In this document: positions 17,363-26,069 of the stretch, piece after piece
Numbering within the stretch: position 1 is the first letter of the stretch
Layout of the letters: each line of letters begins with the position of its first letter
From: Nitrosopumilaceae archaeon
GTDB lineage: Archaea; Thermoproteota; Nitrososphaeria; Nitrososphaerales; Nitrosopumilaceae
DNA: 32,000 nucleotides
Assembly: GCA_035935115.1 (NCBI GenBank)
Contig: DASYXK010000020.1
Span: forward strand, 89,373-121,372
Direction: 5' to 3'
The notes under the pieces: model-generated
Told to the model about the DNA's origin: nothing
Databases searched by the model: none
What the model saw: the letters and a program-made list of their open reading frames with translations, nothing else
Program-made: the position numbers and the translations under genes

Positions 17363-18583
17363 TTACTGTTCAGACATTATACTTTTTACCATATCAAATA
17401 GCTGCCTAACAGCTAGTTTTGGATGGTGTGTTGCAAGCTTGACCAAATTACCCATACTAAAGTCAGCTTTTACAAAATCCAGAAATTCTTCTGCTGAGAG
17501 TTCTTGGATTATTGCAATTTCCTTGTCCCATTCTTCATCAGAGAGACCAAGCCATCTGGTTTGTATTTTGACTGCAGCTTTTATCTTGGAACCTATTGCC
17601 TTTTTCCAGTTTTCTTCATATGGTTTTAGGGATTCCTTTGATGTGTCATTTTTTAGAACTGCTTCTGCACCTATCTGACCTGCCACTCTTCCAAACTCTA
17701 TTGCATAACGGATTCCTTCCAAGACAAGCGGGTTTGCCTGCCCAGCAGCATCGCCAACCAGTATCAAATTATCTGCAATGGTAGTATGGGTTAGTCCTTC
17801 ATTTGGAATCAATCCATAATGAAATTCTATTGGAACAATTCTGCCAAGATTTCCTATCGGACCTGGCTTTTTGTCAATTAGTTCAAGCAGTTTTTGAGTT
17901 GGATCAATTTGTGATTCTGGTTTTCCAACACCAACACCAATTCTTACCTTGTTTTTTCCCAATGGGAATATCCAAGCATAGCCGGCTGGAGAGTATTGTT
18001 GTCCAACCATGAGATACCACGTTTCTGGATCAATGTTATCGACATACGCTTCAAACTCTGCACCGACACCAAATCTTTTCCATTGCGATACAGTACCTCT
18101 ATTTTTTCCAACTACCGAATAAAATCCGCTTGCGTCTATTACAAGTTTTGAGTGAAAAACAAGATCGTCTTTTATTGATGTAGCCTTGACTCCCACCAAT
18201 TTTCCATTCTCCTCAAGAATACTAGTCACATTAGTTCTAACAAAAATATCTGCACCTGCATTTGCTGCTTGATATGCAAGAAACTGATAAGTTTTCCTTA
18301 CATCCAAGACTGCAGCTTGAGGTTCAGTTCCTTTTATTGTTACATGGTTATTTGGTGAATAAAACGAATAATTTCTAATCGGATTATAACAATCAGAAGG
18401 AATCCCAAAAGATTTTGCCTCCTTTATCCAAGTAACACCACTTGTTCTAACTGAATGCCCTATTGCCTCTTCTCGCTCAAGTACAGCTACACGTACGCCT
18501 TTTTTTGCAGCTGACCATGCTGCAGAAAGGCCAGCAGGCCCACCTCCTACTACAACAATATCAAAATCATATTCTCTTGTCAA
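17363..18583 (-). CDS. FAD-dependent oxidoreductase of the geranylgeranyl reductase family
   Basis: DIVVVGGGPAGLSAA (FAD GxGxxG), PAGYAWIFP and LVGDAAGQANPLVLEGI motifs typical of GGR family proteins. TTG start. Confidence 0.8.
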   Translation of the reverse strand: MTREYDFDIVVVGGGPAGLSAAWSAAKKGVRVAVLEREEAIGHSVRTSGVTWIKEAKSFGIPSDCYNPIRNYSFYSPNNHVTIKGTEPQAAVLDVRKTYQFLAYQAANAGADIFVRTNVTSILEENGKLVGVKATSIKDDLVFHSKLVIDASGFYSVVGKNRGTVSQWKRFGVGAEFEAYVDNIDPETWYLMVGQQYSPAGYAWIFPLGKNKVRIGVGVGKPESQIDPTQKLLELIDKKPGPIGNLGRIVPIEFHYGLIPNEGLTHTTIADNLILVGDAAGQANPLVLEGIRYAIEFGRVAGQIGAEAVLKNDTSKESLKPYEENWKKAIGSKIKAAVKIQTRWLGLSDEEWDKEIAIIQELSAEEFLDFVKADFSMGNLVKLATHHPKLAVRQLFDMVKSIMSEQ

Positions 18584-18691
18584 ACAACCAACATTTTTTC
18601 ATTGATGATTATAAACTACGCATTTTCTGTTGCAAAATTATGGATAATTTTGATCCGAATCTTTTTAGTTCACATTTGAAACCAAAAATTG

Positions 18692-19225
18692 ATGGGAAAA
18701 GACGGATTTGTTATAGTATACACAGGCAAAGGAAAGGGCAAAACAACGGCTGCACTTGGAATGGCTTTACGGGCTGTAGGATATAATCATAAAATTTGCA
18801 TGATTCAATTCATCAAAGGTTCTTGGCACTATGGAGAGATGACCTCGTCAAAGAGACTAGAGCCAGAGTTTGAATTAACTGCCATAGGAAAGGGCTTTGT
18901 TGGAATTATGGATGATAAAAGCCCAATTGAAGATCATAAAAAAATTTCTGATGAGGCTCTTCGCATAGCAAAAGAAAAGATCCAATCAGAAAAATACGAT
19001 ATCATAATACTTGATGAGATAAACTATGCAATCAATCTAAATCTAATAAAATTAGAAGATGTTTTAGATTTGATAAAAATTAAACCATCAAAGTTGAATT
19101 TGGTTCTTACTGGAAATTACGCTAGAGATGAAATTATAGAAATTGCAGATCTTGTTACAGAAATGAGAGAAATAAAACATCCTTTCAAAGCAGGTATTCG
19201 AGCCAAGAAAGGTATAGATTTCTAA
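18692..19225 (+). CDS. cobO: ATP:cob(I)yrinic acid a,c-diamide adenosyltransferase (CobA/CobO/BtuR type)
   Basis: VIVYTGKGKGKTTAALGMALRAVG...MIQFIKG...ILDEINYA. ATG 18692 is preferred over TTG 18689. Confidence 0.85.
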   Translation: MGKDGFVIVYTGKGKGKTTAALGMALRAVGYNHKICMIQFIKGSWHYGEMTSSKRLEPEFELTAIGKGFVGIMDDKSPIEDHKKISDEALRIAKEKIQSEKYDIIILDEINYAINLNLIKLEDVLDLIKIKPSKLNLVLTGNYARDEIIEIADLVTEMREIKHPFKAGIRAKKGIDF

Positions 19226-19264
19226 CCAGCAACATTAAATTACGTAACAAAAATTTGAAAAACT

Positions 19265-20065
19265 ATGACCACATCTGTACAAGAAATCCCAGAGGTTGGC
19301 GAGATTGTTGTTGCCACAGTTACAAAAATTATGGATCAGGGAGCGTATGTCACTCTTGATGAATATAATAACATTCAGGGATTTTTACACATATCAGAAA
19401 TTGCAACTGGTTGGATAAGACATGTAGAAAAGTTTCTCAAAGCTGGAGAAAAAAAAGTCCTTTTAGTAAAACGAGTAAATACTGCAAGATCTGAAATCGA
19501 TTTATCATTAAAACAGATTTCAAGTGATCAGAAAAAGAAAAAGCTTCTTGAGTTAAAAAAGAAAGAAAAAGAAAAGGTCTTAATTGACAGTTTGAAAACA
19601 AAAGCAGAACTTTCACAAACAGAGGCTGAAAAAATAGAAGAGGTTCTGATAAACAAATTTAATTCTGTTTATGATGCCTTTTCAGAAATAGTATCAAAAG
19701 GAATAGGTGTTCTTGACGGTCTTAATCTATCCGCCAAAGTGCTAAAAACGATAGAAGAAATCAGCTCAAAGATCCAAGTACCTCATGTTGAGATACGTGG
19801 AGTATTAGAGATCACATGCACCAAACCTAATGGCGTTGAAATCATAAAAAAGGCACTTTTTGATGCTATTGAAAATAAAGGAGTCAATGTAGAGATAATC
19901 TACATAGGGGCTCCAAAATACAGAGTGACTGTTTCTGCCCAAAATTTCAAGACAGCTGAAAAAGAACTAAAACCTATTCTTTCTGGAATTCAGGATACCA
20001 TAGAAAAGAAGGGTGGCACCTTCAAATTCACCAGGGAAGAATCAAAGAAAACACGTGAAGGATAA
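19265..20065 (+). CDS. eif2a: Translation initiation factor aIF2 alpha subunit
   Basis: N-terminal S1 domain (GEIVVATVTKIMDQGAYVTLDEYNNIQGFLHISEI), 266 aa, followed directly by nop10 as in many archaea. Confidence 0.9.
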   Translation: MTTSVQEIPEVGEIVVATVTKIMDQGAYVTLDEYNNIQGFLHISEIATGWIRHVEKFLKAGEKKVLLVKRVNTARSEIDLSLKQISSDQKKKKLLELKKKEKEKVLIDSLKTKAELSQTEAEKIEEVLINKFNSVYDAFSEIVSKGIGVLDGLNLSAKVLKTIEEISSKIQVPHVEIRGVLEITCTKPNGVEIIKKALFDAIENKGVNVEIIYIGAPKYRVTVSAQNFKTAEKELKPILSGIQDTIEKKGGTFKFTREESKKTREG

Positions 20066-20067
20066 AC

Positions 20068-20223
20068 ATGCGATTTCAAATGCGTAAATGCCCTGATTGT
20101 AAACGATATACACTAAAAGAAGATTGCCCAAAATGTGGCGGCAAAACTGTAACAGTTCATCCTGGAAAATATTCTCCAGATGACAAATATGCAAGATATA
20201 GAATTTCTGATCGTTACAAGTAA
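20068..20223 (+). CDS. nop10: H/ACA RNP protein Nop10
   Basis: Below the track cutoff. My translation is MRFQMRKCPDCKRYTLKEDCPKCGGKTVTVHPGKYSPDDKYARYRISDRYK (51 aa): a zinc ribbon plus the PxRFSPxD-like motif. It starts 2 nt after the aIF2-alpha stop. Confidence 0.85.
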   Translation: MRFQMRKCPDCKRYTLKEDCPKCGGKTVTVHPGKYSPDDKYARYRISDRYK

Positions 20224-20280
20224 TTTATTTTGTTTCTAACCAGTTGATGATGAATTTGTAGTAGATACTCGAGATTGTGT

Positions 20281-23073
20281 CTATTGGGATTGAATAAATA
20301 CTTTACTCATACGTGCCTCCTCAGGATCTAACGGTTGATCTGTAGTTGGATCTGTTTTAATCGCTCCAATTTTATCAACTACATCTTGTCCGGAAATCAC
20401 TTGGCCAAATATCGTATATTTACCATCTAAATTCGGAGCATCACCAAACATTATGAAAAATTGAGAGCTTGCACTGTTAATGCTAGGGCCACGTGCCATT
20501 GATACCATGTATTTTACGTGTTTAAGAGTGCTAAATTCAGGTGGAATTGTATATCCTGCGTCACCTGTTCCCCAAGTATTACGTGAGCCATTTTTTGTAT
20601 TTGGATCACCACCTTGAATAACAAAACCCGGAATTATTCTGTGGAATATCGTTCCATCATAAAATCCAGATTTTGCAAGTTTTTCAAAGTTTGCTACAGT
20701 TTTTGGTGCAACATCATCTCTGAATTTAATGACAATGTTTCCATACTTTGTAGAAATGACACCTACATCACTCGTTGGATTTACACTTGTGGGATTTACA
20801 CTTGTGGGATTTACACTTGTAGAATTAACTTGTGGTGTTATTGCTTGATGGGCATTACTTGTTTGCGGTACATAGTTTGGATTTACTTGATATAGTAAAA
20901 CTCCTGAAACAATTCCAGAACTATTGCTATTAAGACTTGGTGATGAGTAAACGAGCTTTAGTGGACCATTACCATCTACAGGATATTTGATTGTTTTAGA
21001 ATAAACACCTATGTATCCAGTTTGATAAGTAGTGGATTGTTGATGAGTATTTGGATCAAAATAAGTCACTGGTGTAAATGGAAACATTTTTCCTAACAAA
21101 GTGTTTTGCCAGAAATAATCAGTTGGTGTAAATTGATCATTTTGGAGAAACTTTGATGAATCTTCCCCTGCAATTCTCATGAACCATTGTTTTTTACTTT
21201 CATCTCCACCGCCTCCAAGCACGTAAAGTTGTTGTCCGTTTGAAGAAAATTCTTGTCCTACAACATATACAAGGACATAATTAGCACCCCAATCATGTAG
21301 CATTTTCCATGCTTCCTCAGGTGAGCTTAGGAATATTTTTGCAATTTTAGCAATTACACCTGTTGATAAAGTTGCGTTATCCGCAAGCGTTGTTCTTCCA
21401 CCTAGTGTTTGTATCCAATACCCATAATCCCACCATGAAGCAATAACAGAACTTGGTGGAGTATTATTTTTTATCCAGTCCAAAGTTGCTGGCCAGTCAT
21501 TAGTAGAAATTGCATAATTAGAACCACCATTAAGAATAGTAGGAGGAGATTTTGTTATTGAAATCCAATTAGCGTTTGCTGGGAAAATAGTTGGAACTAA
21601 AAGAAGCGAAACCATAACAGCAATAAATGATATTTTAGTAATTCTTCCTATAGTGCTTGTTGATTTTTTTACTTGTGTGTTTCTTTTCGAGGGATCAGAT
21701 GTTTTTCCTTGTTGTGTTTTCTTTGAAAAATCAGTTTGTTTTATTTGTGTTCCTTTCTTAAGTATTTCAGACGTTATTACAGCTAGCCCAATAGATGAGA
21801 GGATAATAACGGAAGTTGCAGTAAGAAGTTCTAGTCTTGCAAAAGTTCCTCCCGCATAAGCACCAACAATACCTATAATCAATGCAAAGATTGTCATTTC
21901 GTTTTTGATTCCTATTGGTAAAGAATTGTTTTGATCTGACCATTTTTTTCTAAAAATAAGCCAAATACCCAAGCCAGCAAGAAACATCAGGATTGAAAAG
22001 TAGGTAAAGTTTTGAGTAAGATTCGGTGTTGCATGTTCTGCAACAGAATCAACTAATGGATCTTCTGATGTAAGAAATGGATTTATCGCATTTAGATAAC
22101 GAAAGCTTGCTGAATGAAGAAAATGTGATGAAATTATTGCAACACCAGCTATAATAGATCCTCCTAAAAGTGCTAAGCTATTACGTAGAGCTGTTCCCTG
22201 TCTGCTAAATTTTTGAACAAGTATCATTGCTACAAGAAATATAGTTGGCCCAATGAGTGCAAATCCACGTACTCCTAATACAAAACTAATTCCGGGTCTT
22301 GCAAATCCACCAGAAACTGCCAATGTAACAGCAACAAAGACAGGTATTGCCCATAGTAAGAATTTGTGATCTTTTCTGATAAATGGAAGTATAATAATGA
22401 ATAATGCTAATGGCATAAGGAAGAATTCCACACCTCCCCATGAAGCAAATCCAGTAGCTAAAAATAGTCCTCCACCGATTAATTTTCCAAAAGCAACTTT
22501 GCGGTTTTGTGATTTTAATCCACTAAGAAATAGATATAGACCTAAGAGACCATAAAAAAGTCCAAGCGGTTCTGATTTAAACCAGCCAATGGTACCTCTA
22601 ACAATGATAGGTGAGGATATTGCAAAGAAGAGCGAGGCAAAAAGACCTGCAGTGGTACCACCCATAACTCGTACAAGTGCAAATACGATTATTGCTGTTA
22701 GGGAACCAAAAATAACAGGAAACATTATTGTAAAATCGTAAAGACTAGAACTTGCACCAAATATTTTATACAAAAAAGCATCTGTAAAGTGCAATGGAAC
22801 TTGAGATGTCAAATAGACATCTCTACCACTTGGATACCAACTCATTGTATCATGCCAATGAACGTATGCATTTATGCCGTGATCTAAAAGATATTGCGTT
22901 GCTCTATAGTTAAAGAAAGGATCAAATTCATTTAATTGAAAACCATAATCAGCCGCTTGGGAACGAATCAGTGCAGAAATAGAAAACGAAATTGCAAGAA
23001 TTCCAATAATCAAAAGATGATGTAGATGGAATTCAAACGTTCCAATCCTAAATAACTTTAAGTTTGAAATCAA
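20281..23073 (-). CDS. aglB: AglB/STT3-type oligosaccharyltransferase fused to a C-terminal cyclophilin-type peptidyl-prolyl isomerase
   Basis: 930 aa. Multi-TM N-terminal region with NEFDPFFNYR in the first loop, and the WWDYGYW catalytic motif. The C-terminal 162 aa (DNA 20284-20769) carry cyclophilin signatures: FHRIIPGFVIQGGDP, SMARG, SQFFIMFGD, FGQVISG. Confidence 0.85.
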   Translation of the reverse strand: MISNLKLFRIGTFEFHLHHLLIIGILAISFSISALIRSQAADYGFQLNEFDPFFNYRATQYLLDHGINAYVHWHDTMSWYPSGRDVYLTSQVPLHFTDAFLYKIFGASSSLYDFTIMFPVIFGSLTAIIVFALVRVMGGTTAGLFASLFFAISSPIIVRGTIGWFKSEPLGLFYGLLGLYLFLSGLKSQNRKVAFGKLIGGGLFLATGFASWGGVEFFLMPLALFIIILPFIRKDHKFLLWAIPVFVAVTLAVSGGFARPGISFVLGVRGFALIGPTIFLVAMILVQKFSRQGTALRNSLALLGGSIIAGVAIISSHFLHSASFRYLNAINPFLTSEDPLVDSVAEHATPNLTQNFTYFSILMFLAGLGIWLIFRKKWSDQNNSLPIGIKNEMTIFALIIGIVGAYAGGTFARLELLTATSVIILSSIGLAVITSEILKKGTQIKQTDFSKKTQQGKTSDPSKRNTQVKKSTSTIGRITKISFIAVMVSLLLVPTIFPANANWISITKSPPTILNGGSNYAISTNDWPATLDWIKNNTPPSSVIASWWDYGYWIQTLGGRTTLADNATLSTGVIAKIAKIFLSSPEEAWKMLHDWGANYVLVYVVGQEFSSNGQQLYVLGGGGDESKKQWFMRIAGEDSSKFLQNDQFTPTDYFWQNTLLGKMFPFTPVTYFDPNTHQQSTTYQTGYIGVYSKTIKYPVDGNGPLKLVYSSPSLNSNSSGIVSGVLLYQVNPNYVPQTSNAHQAITPQVNSTSVNPTSVNPTSVNPTSDVGVISTKYGNIVIKFRDDVAPKTVANFEKLAKSGFYDGTIFHRIIPGFVIQGGDPNTKNGSRNTWGTGDAGYTIPPEFSTLKHVKYMVSMARGPSINSASSQFFIMFGDAPNLDGKYTIFGQVISGQDVVDKIGAIKTDPTTDQPLDPEEARMSKVFIQSQ
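20770..20829. repeat. 15-bp coding tandem repeat (about 4 units) encoding (V-N-P/S-T-S)n in the AglB linker
   Basis: On the plus strand ttgtgggatttacac is repeated head to tail: two perfect units at 20787-20816 and degenerate flanking units. It translates on the minus strand as VNSTS-VNPTS-VNPTS-VNPTS. Confidence 0.85.
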
Positions 23074-23101
23074 CTAAAATGTGTGAAATTTACTCTGCTT
23101 A

Positions 23102-23758
23102 TTACTCTTTTGTAAGAACTTGTACTTCACATGACTTTACTGTATCTTTGAATTCCTTTGCATCAACATCACTACCAACTAGTGTGCCATAATGCATTGG
23201 TATTGCTATTTTTGGCTTTATTTTTTCTACTGCTTTTGCAGCTTCCCTTGCAGTCATAACATAAGTTCCGCTTACTGGAACAAGCAAAACATCTGGTTTT
23301 AGATCATTCATTTCAGGAATAAGATCCGAGTCTCCCGTATGATAGATTGATGTTTCTCCCATGCTTATAACAAAGCCAATCTTGTTGTCTTCCTTTGGAT
23401 GAAATGGTTTGCGAGTATCTGGATTAATTTTATCAATGTTGTATGCAGGAACAGCTTTGATTTTTATATTGTTTATTATTTTTTCTTGTCCTGGACTAAG
23501 ACCAATTTTTTCTTTTGAAGGAATTTTAGTGAGTTGTTCCATGCATTCTTTTGCAGCAACAATTATAGTATTATTAGTTGAGATTTTTTTTAGATCATCT
23601 AAACTCATATGATCAAAATGATTATGTGAAATTAATATAATGTCTGGATGAATAGATCTAGATAATTTGTATGGATCTATGCATATGGTAATTGACTTTT
23701 CTAATGTAAAGGTATCGTGACCATACCATCGTATTTTAATTCCCTTGTATTCAAACAT
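23102..23758 (-). CDS. Metallo-beta-lactamase-fold hydrolase (UPF0173-like)
   Basis: ILISHNHFDHM (HxHxDH motif), later YHTGDS and PMHYGT. 218 aa. Confidence 0.75.
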   Translation of the reverse strand: MFEYKGIKIRWYGHDTFTLEKSITICIDPYKLSRSIHPDIILISHNHFDHMSLDDLKKISTNNTIIVAAKECMEQLTKIPSKEKIGLSPGQEKIINNIKIKAVPAYNIDKINPDTRKPFHPKEDNKIGFVISMGETSIYHTGDSDLIPEMNDLKPDVLLVPVSGTYVMTAREAAKAVEKIKPKIAIPMHYGTLVGSDVDAKEFKDTVKSCEVQVLTKE

Positions 23759-23784
23759 GTTTTAAACAATAATTTTTGTTAAAG

Positions 23785-24164
23785 TTAAATCTTACTCGGT
23801 TCAAGAACAATTTTATCATTAGATAAAGAAATGACAGAGCCAAAGTTTTTTATCCTTTTTTTCAATTCCATATCTACCGTTGCTATGATTCCATGATGCT
23901 CTTTTACATATGATACCAAAGCATCATCTACATCATTTCCTGAAATTGGAATTTTTTTAAAATTTTTTATTATTTCTAGTGCATTAATAGCGGAAGTTTT
24001 TTTTTAAGATTCGTATCTTTTGAAAGTCTTTCAAGTTCACTTATGACCATATCAGGAACGGTAAATTCAATTGCTCCAATCTCCGTATCAAGATTCGAGA
24101 TATTTTTGACATTTCTTGATGCAAGAATCATTAAAAAACTAGTATCGCAGACAACTTCAACCAA
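23785..24164 (-). pseudogene. Fcf1-like PIN-domain ribonuclease gene (COG1412 type), reading frame broken at an A9/T9 homopolymer
   Basis: The track ORF 23976..24164 gives only the N-terminal PIN half (VVCDTSFL...VISELERL). A different frame downstream of the T-run 23997-24005 reads SAINALEIIKNF...DDALVSYVKEHHGIIATVDMELKKRIKNFGSVISLSNDKIVLEPSKI*, which is the C-terminal PIN half. The total span of 380 nt is one base short of being in frame. Confidence 0.65.
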
Positions 24165-25428
24165 CTACAACACCTGCTCCAATTAGTCTCCATCTTTCTT
24201 GAATTCTTCTACTAATCGCTACCCTACCTTTTTCAAATAGACAGACTGGTCTTCTGAATTGTACATCTATTCTTTCACCTCTAACACTGGTTACTTTTGA
24301 AAGAACTGGGGCTGTTCCTACACTAAGTCTTAATGATTCACCTACCTGTACAGATGAAACTTTTATTTCATCAGCTGAGCCCACAGCAGTATCAAAGAGA
24401 TTTATCTCTAGTTTTGCGGTAGAAGAATTTTCTGGTAACGTACTTGGTTTTCCAATAACAGAACCGATCAGTGAATCGCTTCGTGTCATTGATGGATCAA
24501 GTTTTGTACCTATTGCAACCAAGCCGCCAGGTTTGACTTCGTCTACAAGTCCTGCACCAGTTCCAAGAGAAGAGATCTCTGTGATGATTGGGTCATATCT
24601 ACCATTTTTCTCGTTAGCAAGACCAGGTTTTATCTCAATTTCATCTCCTACTTTGAAATATCCTTGAATTACACTTCCCCCTATAACACCGCCTTTTATG
24701 CTCTTTATTTTAGTACCAGGTTTGTTAACATCAAATGAACGTAACACGTGCATTACGGTTGGTTTTGACTCATCTCTTTTAGGAGTCTCAATTGTAGATT
24801 CTATGGCGCCAATTAATGCATCAATGTTAAGTTTTGATTGTGCAGAGATTGGAATTATTGGTGCTTTTATAGCATTAGTACCTTTAACAAATTTTACAAT
24901 ATCAGAGTAATTTGTCATTGCATCTTCGTATGACACTAGATCAGCTTTGTTTTGTGCAATCACGATTTGCTGAATTCCAAGTGTTTGTAGTGCAAGTAGA
25001 TGCTCTTTAGTTTGTGGTTGTGGCACCTTTTCGTTTGCTGCTATTACAAGTAAAGCACCATCAATTAGAGCAGAACCCGAAAGCATGTTTGCCATTAAAC
25101 TTTCATGACCTGGACTATCTACAAAACTTACTACCCTTGTTAATTCACTTTCCTTTCCGCAGTTATTACATTTTGGTGTAACTGAATATCCTAAAGGAGG
25201 TTGACAGTTTTTACATTTGTAAAATGCAGCATCAGCATAACCAACACGAATAGTGATTCCACGTTTTAGTTCCTCACTATGTGCACTGGTCCAAATGCCA
25301 GTAAGAGCTTGGATAAGTGTTGTCTTTCCATGATCTACATGTCCAGCAGTACCGATGTTAACACATGGTTGATGTCCGTATTTTTTAATATACCAATCAG
25401 GAAGTGTTTCTTTCCAATGCACACTCAA
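24157..25428 (-). CDS. eif2g: Translation initiation factor aIF2 gamma subunit
   Basis: GHVDHGKTTL G1 motif, DSPGHE, NKAD, and a zinc-knuckle insertion CKNC...CNNCG. 423 aa. Confidence 0.9.
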   Translation of the reverse strand: MSVHWKETLPDWYIKKYGHQPCVNIGTAGHVDHGKTTLIQALTGIWTSAHSEELKRGITIRVGYADAAFYKCKNCQPPLGYSVTPKCNNCGKESELTRVVSFVDSPGHESLMANMLSGSALIDGALLVIAANEKVPQPQTKEHLLALQTLGIQQIVIAQNKADLVSYEDAMTNYSDIVKFVKGTNAIKAPIIPISAQSKLNIDALIGAIESTIETPKRDESKPTVMHVLRSFDVNKPGTKIKSIKGGVIGGSVIQGYFKVGDEIEIKPGLANEKNGRYDPIITEISSLGTGAGLVDEVKPGGLVAIGTKLDPSMTRSDSLIGSVIGKPSTLPENSSTAKLEINLFDTAVGSADEIKVSSVQVGESLRLSVGTAPVLSKVTSVRGERIDVQFRRPVCLFEKGRVAISRRIQERWRLIGAGVVVG

Positions 25429-25452
25429 GTTTTAAAAATCGCCTATGTTAAC

Positions 25453-25866
25453 TTATGCCTTTTTTGGTTTGTCTGCCGTTTCCTTTTTTTCTTCAGTTGG
25501 AGCTGGTGCGGCTTCATCAATTTTTAGTTCACCATCTAAGGAGCAGTTTATCTGATATGCCTCTTCAGTAATGGTATTCCCTCTGATAAGTTTACGAAAA
25601 CGTTGTCCTTTTTCAGCATCACGTAAACCAACCCCTTTTGATAATAGGATGTATTTTCGTGCTCCACCATGAATATCTTCTCTTAATGGAACTCCAGATT
25701 TGTCACTTCCACCTGTAATTCGGATCTTACCAGCTTGACCTACAATTGCTGCATCTAATTCATTTCCTATTTGTAGACCTAAAAGTGGATTTGCATCTTT
25801 TTCTTTCAGTTCTCTTGTGATGGATTTTCCTTTTTTATCAGATATTGTAAGCTTAAATGTTGCCAA
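25453..25866 (-). CDS. rps6e: Ribosomal protein S6e
   Basis: MATFKLTISDKKGKS...RITGGSDKSGVPLREDIHGGARKYILLSKGVG is the typical archaeal S6e sequence. It lies upstream of aIF2-gamma as in many archaea. Confidence 0.9.
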   Translation of the reverse strand: MATFKLTISDKKGKSITRELKEKDANPLLGLQIGNELDAAIVGQAGKIRITGGSDKSGVPLREDIHGGARKYILLSKGVGLRDAEKGQRFRKLIRGNTITEEAYQINCSLDGELKIDEAAPAPTEEKKETADKPKKA

Positions 25867-25945
25867 GTATTTTGAAAAAGTCTCTACACTATTAATTAAT
25901 CTTTGTACCTAAATCTTTTAAAATTATGAAATACAAAACTACACT

Positions 25946-26068
25946 ATGAAAGAAGAAATCAAATGCCCCAAGTGTGAAAATATAATGATCTCAATGCAGG
26001 CATGTCACATGATTTGTACAAATTGTGGAGCGCATCTTGATTGTTCTGACAAAGGTTCGTTTTGGTAA
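25946..26068 (+). CDS. Small zinc-ribbon protein (40 aa), function unknown
   Basis: Below the track cutoff. My translation is MKEEIKCPKCENIMISMQACHMICTNCGAHLDCSDKGSFW, with CPKC...CTNC cysteine pairs. An A/T-rich TATA-like element (cttttaaaatta) lies about 25-30 nt upstream of the ATG. Confidence 0.45.
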   Translation: MKEEIKCPKCENIMISMQACHMICTNCGAHLDCSDKGSFW

Positions 26069-26069
26069 T

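Noticed and set aside
18603-18608. TGATGA C-box-like motifs in the intergenic gaps at 18603-18608 and 20247-20253, considered as possible C/D box sRNAs
   Set aside because: No CTGA D box, no C'/D' pair and no terminal stem lie within the expected 40-70 nt on either strand.
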